Below, in pieces: positions 54,130-64,000 of a stretch of DNA of 64,000 nt. The translations under genes and the position numbers were made by a program. The stretch comes from the human T2T-CHM13v2.0 reference genome, Homo sapiens. The notes under the pieces are model-generated. The model ran no database searches. It saw only the letters and a list, made by a program, of their open reading frames with translations, and was not told where the DNA came from. Numbering within the stretch: position 1 is the stretch's first letter; every line of letters begins with the position of its first letter. The DNA is taken from the NCBI RefSeq assembly GCF_009914755.1, contig NC_060927.1, one strand, 5' to 3'.

Positions 54130-55100
54130 ATTCAGCCCTTTATCCAATATTGAGTTATATGCTAGAACAGTAAGCACTAGAACAGTGAGACACATGTCCC
54201 TGCCTTGAAGAATTCCAATCTAGTGGAGGCAACTGATGAAGTACAGGTACTTTGCAGGAAAAAATAACAGACTGAGGTATAAAAGAATAACAGTGGATTA
54301 TCTACTTTAGATTGGGTGACCAGGAAAACAATCTCTGAGGTAGTGACATTTAAAATGGGTCCCAATGAAAGGGAGAAAGGTAGTCATGAAAAGACAGACA
54401 AGAGTATTCCACATAGGCCAGGAATGGTGGCTCATGCTTGTAATCCCAGTACTTTGGGAGGCTGAAGCAGGTGGATTACCTGAGTTCAGGAGTTCGAGAC
54501 CAGCCTCGCCAACATGGCGAAACCCCGTCTCTACTAAAAATTCCAAAATACTAGCCGGGCATGGTAGTGGGTGCCTGTAATTCCAGCTACTTGGGAGGCT
54601 GAGGAGAATCACTTGAACCCAGGAGGCGGAAGCTGCACTGAGCCGAGATTGTGCCACTGCACTCCACCATGGGTGACAGAGTGAGACTCCATCTCAAAAA
54701 TAAAAAATAAAAATAAATTTTAAAAAATTAGAAAATAGAGTATTCCAGATAGAAGCTGGAGTATAGTGAGTATTTAGGTAGGTACTTATAAGAGGAAATT
54801 GCAGAGGCAAACAGGGGTCAGACCATGCAAAGCCTAACAGGCCATGACGAGGGCCCTTCCTTTACTGTTACAGATGGGAAGAAGGAGATGATGCATCTAA
54901 ATCACTATAGTTTTGTAGATTTCATCTGGGAAATGAAGAAACTCTTTTTTTCCCACCGAAAGATAAGAAACTGTCATCAGCTCATATTGAAGGCAGAGGA
55001 AATGAAGAATATGTTGGAAATTTGAAGCAAGAAAAAGTATAACTATTTTAAATGTGAGTAATTAAACCTATTAGAAAAAGTTAGTAGTATTGCAAGGCAG
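54130..55100. mobile_element. L2 fragments flanking an Alu
   Basis: CATGTCCCTGCCTTGAAGAATTCCAATCTAGTGG; GGTCAGACCATGCAAAGCC. Confidence 0.6.
54416..54736 (+). mobile_element. AluS
   Basis: Full Alu; TSD AGAGTATTCCA[C/G]ATA. Confidence 0.95.
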
Positions 55101-57439
55101 TACTGGATGACGAATTGAGATGTAGAGTCAAGTAACTAGAAAGAGCAAGAGTGGTCCAAAATAGATGGTGCTAACAGGAATGAGGTGAATGTCAGGTCTT
55201 GATAGGATCACAGGACTCAGAAATGCCCTCTTCCTTCAGGGGAGGTTGAGACAAGAATTAGGCAAACTACTAGCAATGAAGGTTCAAATGACACCAAGGT
55301 TCAGCCTTGGCATGTTAATTTTAGGGTCTAACTATACCAAAGAGAGCACTGTGATTTTACAGCTAAGGAGGCTGAGGTTTCTGATACACCATCTGCCCTG
55401 ACTCCAGAATGCTGCAGGGATGAATTTACAGGTGAAGTTTATTAACAATTACTGCATGGAAAGGCTGTGGAAAAGGAGAGCAAAGTAATGAAATGAGACT
55501 TTAAAACAGATAATACAATTCAACAAAAAAAGAGAACAGGATTTGGGAACATTTTAAGGAATTGAAGAAGTCTCCAAATCGAGGAACCAAATTAATCTAA
55601 CCTGACATTCATTTGGAGTAGAGAAAATTCTTCACTAAGCGGATTTGCAGATTACTTTCCTCTTTTATAAATCTCTTTTAACCATCTTTTGTCAACCAAT
55701 TATCAAATTTCAGCCACTGTGTAGAGAGTACTGAATTTTTTGAAAGAACATTAAGAGTACTTCAAATGCCTTCCTGTTCTCTAAGAAATGTAAATCTGAT
55801 AGGTATGTTAGCGATTGCATAAGTGGAATATGTGGTTATCAGGTTTAGAGGTGAGAGAAAACACTGGCTAGGATACCTGGACATGGTCTTTCATAGAAGG
55901 TGAATTAAAAGATAAATGTTAAAGAATGAGAAGAATTCTGAGCACGGAGTTTGGTTGTAGATCAGAGAGAAAAAGCATGATAACATTTTAAAGCCTGAAC
56001 AGGTGCAATGTGAATAAACAAGATAAACACAAACCACTTACTAATACAAACACATGCAACCTATACAAGCATGAATCACATTAAAATATAATACCTCTTT
56101 ATCGTGACTCAGGTGTGTTTAAAGTAGATTACATGCTTTTATTCAACTAGCCAATAGGGCTTAGGTTGAAACCCACCTCCCCTGACTTCACACCCTGCAT
56201 ACCACTCATGTGAAACTTGCAATCCACCTTAGATCCTAGCAAACCATGAGTTTGCTACAACTCTGCTACAGGAGATTAGCTTGAAAAAGCGTTTTCCAGA
56301 TTTGAAGGTGTTTTGCATTCTTCCAGGTTTCCTCTCTCAATAGCTCCTGTAAAACAAAAGTTTATACTGAGAAGAGCTGAACAATTACACCTTATCAGGC
56401 CATTATAGACAGCTTCAAATGTTATTTACTGATTAACATACTCCCCATAATCTCTTCCACACTGTCTCGTTACATCTACATAATTTACACTTTAAGATAA
56501 GGACATGGCCATCATTTTATAAATAAAAAGTTGAGATTAAAACAGGTTGAAGGACTTTCTCAAGATCATTATGGACCAAGGGTTTCTCTGCTGCCATTTC
56601 ATTTTCATTTAACTCTGTGACTTCATTACATGTTAAATATCTAGGAAATATGCTATTAAACCACATATGATTTATAAATGCCTGATGAAGATACCATATT
56701 TTTAGCTTTGCTGGATTCAGTGACTCTTATCCCTTGTGGGATCCTGGACATTACAACTATATGGTTTTTACAAGAGATACTTTCTCCTGGGGGTCATGGA
56801 GCTTCTAAACAGAAGCTTTTAAAACAGGGCAGCTCCCATACATGCCCCATGTGGGTTCCCTCTCCTTGAACATGAGCTTTCTCATGGGGAGAAGATGGCT
56901 CCCTGACAGCTGTGTGAACCGCTACATGAACTGCTCATGTGGGGGCTCCTGCTGAGAGAAACAAGGGATGCCCAACACTGTCCTGCTGCGAAGCTGGGGT
57001 TCCTGTCTTGGGCAGACTCCTGCTAAGTATTGGTCATGGTAGTCTTGGGAATCTGCAGGTTTGATGGAGACTTGAGGATTCCTAGTGCAAACTGCAGACA
57101 CAGGTTTTGTAAAATATTAGATTTAAGAGAGCTTCTCTATGCTCTGGAGCGCATATTATTTTTCTCCACTTTTCTTTTCTCAGGATGAGTCCTCAAACTC
57201 TCCAGAGGTTGTGGCAAAGATCCTTTCACTCCCTTTTGTTAACGAGTAAAATTAGATATCAAAGTCTCTTTGCAACAACCCTGATTTCCTTTTATTATGT
57301 TCTCCAAGTTTCTCTTCATGTATCCCTTCATAGGACATGGAATACTCGAGCTCAACGTTTTTCAGGAATAATCTTCTCTAATCCATAGTGTTCCATGAGA
57401 AATATACAACCCACAATTTAATAACAAACATAGATTACA

Positions 57440-57980
57440 GAGTATAAGGACAAATAAATATTTTTTTAAAAAAGGTTTAATTCTCCTTGTTCAAAATAAG
57501 AGAAGAGACATCTTTTTCTTAGAAAATTAACTTTAGAAAATATTTGTAAATTATTTTAGTCTCTTTGAAATGCATGTAGGTATTTGTAGAAGCTATACAA
57601 GCCTCTTGCTAGCTTTGTGACCAAGGAATGTTTTCCTCAAGGACCTGGAAGCCATCTTTTTGAAATGAAACTTCAGGAGATAGTACTACTTCCTTCTCCT
57701 AGTGTCTATGGGAGGATGGGAGTCTAACTTTAGTTAGTACCTTGCTTTTACTTGCAAAACTATCTCCTACAATAAAGATGTGAGTTTATTTTTCTTTTAT
57801 ACAAAACCAATTAACTAACACAGATGGTCACCCCAATTACCAGGCGAATTTATGATGAACTATGTGCAAAAATAAACGGTGCTGTTAAGTCCCCTTACTT
57901 GAAATATAATTATTGTTTATGCTGAAAACATGTTTGTGATAAGTATTCATTTGGCTATAGAAAAATATGACATTGTTTCT
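57440..57980 (+). mobile_element. MER34-like LTR, 5' part
   Basis: CTCAAGGACCTGGAAGCCATC...CTAACACAGATGGTCACCCCAATTACCAGG. Confidence 0.7.
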
Positions 57981-58796
57981 TTTGATAAGTGTCTGTTCCT
58001 GCCTTCTGCCTACTTTTTAATGGGGCTATTTTTTGCTTGTTGATTTGATTAATTTCTTTATAGAGTCTTGATATTAGACCCTTGTCAAATGCATAGTTTA
58101 TGAATACTTTTTCCCATTCAGTAGGTTGTCTGTTTACACTGTTGGTTTCTTTTGCTGCACAGAAGCTCTTTAATTAGGATCCACATAACTTTTGTTTGTC
58201 TTATAATTGCTTTTGGGGACTTGATGTCCAGAAGGGTACTTCCGGACCCTAAATAAATTATTTGTCAGGGCTGATATCCAGAAGGGTATTTCCTAGATTT
58301 TCTTGTGGGATTTTTATAGATTGAAGTATTACATTTAAATCTTTAATCCTTCTTAAGTTAATTTTTGTACATAGTGAAAGGTAAGGGTCTAGTTTTATTC
58401 TTCTGCATATGGTTAGCCAATTATCCCAGCACCATTTATTAAATAGGGAGCCCTTTCTCCATTGCATGTTTTTGTCAGCCGGGTCAGAGGTCAGATAGTT
58501 GTAGGTGTGCAACTTCTTTTCTGAGTTTTCTATTCTGTTCCATTGGTCTATGTCTCCCTTCTTATACCTGTACCATGCTGGTTAGGTTACTGTAGCCTTT
58601 TAGTATAGTTTGAACTCAAGTAGTGTGATGCCTCCAGCTTTGTTCTTTTTGCTTAGAAATGCTCTGGCTATTTGGGCTCTTTTTTGGTTCCATATAAATT
58701 TCAGAATCTTTTTTTTTTTCTAATTCTGTGAAGAATGATGTTGGTAGGTTGTAGTTTGATAGGAATAGCGTGAGATCAGTACATTTCTTTGGGCAG

Positions 58797-61421
58797 TGTA
58801 TTAGTCTACTTTCATGTGGCTGATAAAGACATACCCAAATCTGGGCAACTTAGAAAAGAAAGAGGTTTAATGGACTTAGAGTATCACATGGCTGGGGAGG
58901 CCTTGCAATCATGGTGGAAGGCAAGGAGGAACAAGTTACCTCTTATATGGATGTCAGCGGGCAAAGAGAGAGCTTGTGCAGGGAAACTCCCATTTTTAAA
59001 ACCATCAGATTGGGCCAGGTGTGGTGGCTCAGGCCTGTAACCCCAGCACTTTGGGAGGCCGAGCCGGACATAACAGGAGGTCAGGAGTTCAAAACCAGCC
59101 TGGCCAACATGGTGAAACCCCGTCTCTACAAAAAATACAAAAAAAAAAAAAAAATTAGCCAGGCATGGTGGTGTGCACCTGTAATCTCAGCTACTCAAGA
59201 GGCTGAGGCAGGAGAATCACTCAAACTCAGGAAGTGGAGGTTGCAGTGAGGCAGAGGTTGGTGACAGAGCAAGACTCCATCTCGAAAAATAAAAAAAAAA
59301 TTAAAAACCCATCAGACCTCATGAGACTTACTCATTTTCACAAGAACAGCATGGGAAAGAGCTGCCCCCATGATTCAATTACCTCCAACTGGGTTCCTCC
59401 CATGACATATGGGCGTTAGGGGAGTTTTAATTCAAGATGAGATTTGGGTGGGGACACAACAAAACCATATCATTCTGCTCCTGGCCCCTCTCAAATCTCA
59501 CATCTTTTTACATTTCAAAACTAGTCATTCCTTTGCAACAGTCCCCCACATTCTTAACTAATTTCAGCATTAACTCAAAAGTCCACACTCCGAAGTCTCA
59601 TCTGAGACAAGGCAACTCCCTTCCGCCTATGAGCCTGTAAAATCAAAAGAAAGTTAGTTACTTCCTAGATACAATGGAGGTACTCCCACTGGGTAAATAC
59701 AGCCATTCCAATTGGGAGAAATTGTCCAAAACAAAGAGGCTACAGGGCCCATGCAAGTCTGAAATCCAGTGGGGCAGTCAAATCTTAAAGCTCCAAATAA
59801 TCTCCTTTGACTCCATGTCTCACATCCAGGTCATGCTGATGCAAGAGGTGGGTTCCCATGGTCTTTGGAAGCACCGCCTCTGTAGCTTTGCAGGGTATAG
59901 CCTCCCTCCTGGCTTCTTTCAGGGGCTGATGTTGAGTGTCTGTGGCTTTTTCAGGCACATTGTACAAGCTGTCAGTAGATCTACCATTCTTGGGTCTGGA
60001 GGACTGTGGCCCTCTTCTCTCAGCTCCACTAGGGGATGCTCCAGTAGGGACTCTGTATGGGGTCTCTGACCCCATATTTTCTTTTTACACTGCCCTAGCA
60101 GAGGTTCTCCATGACAGCCCCACCCCTGCAGCAAACTTCTGCCTTGACATCCTGGCATTTCTATACATCCTCTGAAATCTAGGCAGAGGTTCTCTAACCT
60201 CAATTCTTGACTTCAGTGCACCCTCAGGCTCAACACCACATGAAAGCTTCCAAGGCTTGGGGCTTGCATCCTCTGAAGCTGCAGCCGAAGATGTACCTTG
60301 GCCTCTTCTAGTCATAGCTAGAGCAGCTGGAAAGCAGGACACAAAGTCCCTAGACTGCGCAAAGCATGGGGAACCTGGGCCAGACCAACGAAACCATTTT
60401 TAATTCCTAAACCTCTGTGCCTGTGATGGGAGGGGCTGCTGTGAAGACCTCTGACATGTCCTGGAGACATTTTCCTTATTGTCTTGGGAATTAACATTTA
60501 TCTCTCCATTACTTATGCAAATTTCTGCAGCTGGCTTGAATTTCTCCTCAGAAAATGGGATCTTCTTTTCTATTGCATTGTCAGCCTGTAAATTTTTCAA
60601 ACTTTTATGCTTTGCTCTCCTTATAAAACTGAATGCCTTTAACAGCACCTAAGTCACCTCTTGTATGCTTTGTTGCTTAGAAATTTCTTCCACCAGATAC
60701 CCTAAGACATCTTTCTCAAGTTCAAAGTTCCACAAATCTCTAGGGCAGGGGCAAAATGCCACCAGTCTCTTTGCTAAAACATAACAAGAGTCACTTTTGC
60801 TCCAGTTTCAACAAGTTCACCAACTCTATCTGAGACCATCTCAGCCTGGATTTCATTGTCCATATCATTATCAGCATTTTGGTCAAAGCCATTCAACAAG
60901 TCTCTAGGGAGTTCCAAACTTTCCCACATTTTTATGTCTTCTTCTGAGCTCTCCAAACTGTTCTAACCTCTGCCTCTTACCCAGTTCCAAAGTCACTTCC
61001 ACATTTTCGGGTATGTTTTTAGCAGCACCCAACTCTATTGGTACCAATTTACTATATTAGTCCGTTTTCACACTACTGATAAAGACATACCTGAGACTGG
61101 GCAATTTACAAAAGAAATAGGCTTAATGCACTTACAGTTCTACATGGCAGGGGAGGTCTCACTATCATGGCAGAAGGCAAGGAGGAACAAGTCAAGTCTT
61201 ACCTGGATGGTGGCAGGCAATGAGAGAGGTTGTGCAGGGATAATCCTATTTTTAAAACCATCAGATCTTATGAGACTTATTCACTATCATGAGAACAGCA
61301 AGGGAAAGACCCACCCCCGTGATTAAATTATCTTCCACTGGGTTTCTCCCATGACACATGGGAATTATGGGAGTTACAATTCAAGATGAGATCTGGGTGC
61401 GGACACAGCCAAACCATATCA
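58797..61421 (-). mobile_element. Full-length THE1 (A/B) MaLR: 5' LTR 61053-61421, internal 59473-61052, 3' LTR 58797-59472
   Basis: Two LTRs each ending AAACCATATCA on the plus strand; THE1-int ORF-like peptides (WESLELPRDLLNGFDQNAD); perfect 5-bp TSD GGCAG. Confidence 0.95.
59013..59305 (+). mobile_element. AluS inside the THE1 3' LTR
   Basis: Alu body with a right-arm deletion; TSD AAAAC(C)CATCAGA. Confidence 0.93.
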
Positions 61422-61666
61422 GGCAGCATGGCCATTTAATGGTATTGATTCTTCCAATCCATGAACCTGAGATGTTTTTCCATTTATTTGTGTTGTCTCA
61501 TTTCTTTCAGCAGTGTTTTGTAGTTCTCCTTATAGAGATCTTTCACCTCTTTGGTTAGCTGTATTCCTAGGTATTGTATTTTCTTTGTGGCTGTGGTAAA
61601 GGAAATTGCATTCTTTATTTGACTCTCATCCTAGACATTATTGGTGTATAAAGATACAGACTTTTG

Positions 61667-62411
61667 CAACAAATAGTGAAAAAATGCTCATCATCACTAA
61701 TCATCAGAAAAATACAAATCAAAACTACAATGCAATACTGTCTCACACCAGTCAAAATGGCTACTATTAAAAAAAAAAAAAGATGCTGGTGAGTATGCAA
61801 AGAAAAGGGAATTCTAATACACTGTTGGTGAGAATGCAAATTAGTTCATCTGCTGTGGAAAGCAGTTGGGAGTCTCTCAAAGATCTTAAAACAGAGCTAC
61901 CATTTGACCCAGCAATCCCGTTACTGTGTATATACACAAAGGAATATAGATCATTATGCCACAAAGACAAATGATCTTGTATGTTCATTGCTCTACTATT
62001 TGTAATGGCAAAGACATGATATCAACCTAGGTGTTCATCAATGGTAGACTGGATTGAAAAATGTAGTACATATATACCATGGAATATGATACAGCCATAA
62101 AAAATGAAATCATGTTCTTTGCAGAAACATGGATGCAGCTGGAGGCCATAATCCTAAGTGAAATTATACAGGAACAGAAAACCAAATCTTGTGTGTTCTC
62201 AAGTATAAGTGGAAGCTAAACATTGGGCACACATGGACATAAACATGGGAACAATAGGCACTGTGTACTACTAGATGAGGGAGGGAAGGAGGAGGGCATT
62301 GGTTGGAAAACTACCTATTGGGTACTATGCTAACTACCTAGTTCCAACATACTTGTGTAACAATACTACACAAGTATCCCTTGTATCTAAGATAAAGGCT
62401 AAAATTTAAAA
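61667..62411 (+). mobile_element. L1 3' segment (sense), partner of the inverted segment
   Basis: AAAAATGCTCATCATCACTAATC...AAACTACCTATTGGGTACTATGC...TAAAATTTAAAA. Confidence 0.9.
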
Positions 62412-62559
62412 GATATATATATATATGTATATGGCAAAGTGAGTGACTTACATAAAATAATTAGTGAATAATTTTAATCTTAATTAAATTATTTATCTTA
62501 GAATATACATGTTTGTGAATTTATACAAATTTGAAAATGTATGTGTGGATGAAACTACA

Positions 62560-62675
62560 TGTATATTTTGTATTTATACCATGCTTTTAGGTTACTGTGG
62601 CCATTTGGTATAGTTTGAAGTCAAGTAGTGTAATGTTTCTGGCTTTGTTCTTTTTGTTAGGATAGCTTTGGCTGT
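62560..62675 (-). mobile_element. Short L1 ORF2 fragment
   Basis: GGTTACTGTGGCC..GTATAGTTTGAAGTCAAGTAGTG; homologous to 58570-58672. Confidence 0.75.
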
Positions 62676-62852
62676 CCTAAAGGCAAATCAATATTTACAT
62701 TTTAAATACATTTTAAAAATAAAATTATCCTTTTATTTTTCTAAACACTAAGTTATTATCTTAAAATTTTTTTCTATTGAAAAATACAGATGATTTATAA
62801 CAATGCATGCCAATACATCAATAGAAAATATATTTAAAAAAAAGTAACACCT

Positions 62853-63013
62853 CCTTTTTGTTTTTGTAATCCCTTAGCAGACTGCCTGTGATACACATCA
62901 CATTCTAGTTTAATGTTTATTCAGTAATAAACTTGCTTTCTTTCTCTGCTACCTTTGTGAGGAGATGTTTTCTGGGATGCAAGATTTTGTTTTCCATTGT
63001 ATTTCTGCAACAA
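62853..63013 (+). mobile_element. MER34-like LTR, 3' part
   Basis: CTTAGCAGACTGCCTGTGATACACATCACATTC...AATAAA...CTGCAACA. Confidence 0.7.
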
Positions 63014-63510
63014 GTAATATATCAATTTTCTTCTTGACCCAAAGTGCAAATTGTTTGGTTAATATTGATGTGTTTTAATTCCTATTTCATTATCCATAGA
63101 TCTGGAAATATTTTTCTTTTTACCAAATTTCAGAGTCACTGATAGTGATGTTATTTCAGAAGATAAATTATCGAGAGAGAGAAAAAAGAGGGGTCACCAT
63201 TTTTAAACCTATTTTTATTGTGCTATTAACAACTGAATATTTATTGAATGACAAGGATTTTACAGTATAGTCCAAATATATGAAAGTATTATTTTGGCCC
63301 TGAGAAATAAGTAGATGGGAAACATATTAACCATTTTAATTTATCTGAAGAATTTCCATGTAGAAGAGATAGAGGCTTTTCTCTGGATGCCAAGGAAAAA
63401 TCAGTACCAATGAGTTAGATTATCAGAGGCAGAAAGCAGAATTAGATGGAACAATGTTTCAATAATTAAAGCTCTCCTGTGCTGAGCTTAGCACCCATTT
63501 AAGGTCATGA

Positions 63511-64000
63511 TGATAACGCCAGGTGTCAGCCAAATGCCTAGGCAGGTAGGGGCGGGTCCCCAGTGAAACCTCACCTTCAAGCCAAACAACAGCCTCAAGG
63601 TTGAAAGACTGGACTGCTAGTCCCAGATGAAACCTGCCACCCAGCATGAGAACTTCTCTTCCGGTTTGCCTGCCTTTTCCTGATTGATTTTTTTGAATAA
63701 TGCCTTTTAACCAATTGATTGTTGCCTTTTCCAATACTACCTATGGCCTGCCACTCCCATATTCTAAGCCCATAAAAGTCCTGGACTCAGCCATACTGGA
63801 GGACTTTCTCACCTTCAATTAGGGGGACCAACCCCACATCGTCTCTCCATGGAAAGCTGTTTCGTAACTCTAAAAACTTCCTGCCTTGCTTGTTGTTGGA
63901 TTGTCAGCATATCCTCATTCTTTTTGGATGCTAGGCAAGAGCTCTGGACCCACTGAGTGTGGGTGCCCAGAAAGGCTGTCACACTGGCCTTTTGCCTTTG
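63511..64000 (+). mobile_element. MER50(B)-like ERV1 LTR, runs off the window
   Basis: TGATA...CAGCCAAATGCCTAGGCAGGTAGGGGCGGGTCCCCAGTGAAACC. Confidence 0.75.

Larger units (their letters stand above)
57981..61666 (-). mobile_element. Inverted 5' segment of an L1 (L1PA15-17/L1PB-age), interrupted by THE1
   Basis: Antisense L1 ORF2 (ORF 58258-58512: [18 protein letters not shown]); continues after THE1 at 61422. Confidence 0.9.

Noticed and set aside
59674-60956. Cluster of overlapping ORFs
   Set aside because: Broken THE1-int reading frames; also seen in MST-int at 13282-13500
62560-62675. Apparent local duplication of 58570-58672
   Set aside because: Too diverged; more simply an independent fragment of the same L1 region

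Overview
AT-rich, CpG-depleted primate (very probably human-like) genomic DNA, intergenic or deep intronic. I find no recognisable host protein-coding gene; the ORF track is explained by repeats and chance. The window is mostly retroelement fossils: about 9 Alus, many old L1/L2/MIR fragments, and MaLR LTRs (MST, MLT1). It also has solo LTRs (LTR8-like, MLT2, MER11, MER34-like, MER50-like), a full LTR-int-LTR THE1 element, and a minus-strand class III (ERVL-like) pol remnant. A ~7.1 kb decayed gammaretrovirus-like provirus (gag-pro-pol-env-3'LTR, 5' LTR missing) lies at 13.5-20.6 kb. The most notable structures are: a 34-bp palindromic minisatellite carrying ten perfect p53 half-sites in ordered variant blocks; a (GGAA)16 microsatellite behind an Alu left arm inside the proviral pol; a perfect four-pentamer heat-shock element in unique DNA; a four-level nested insertion stack with a twin-primed L1; and several small templated insertions. 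Repeat subfamily names come from my recall of consensus sequences and need RepeatMasker/Dfam confirmation. I see no convincing evidence of a novel multi-gene system.
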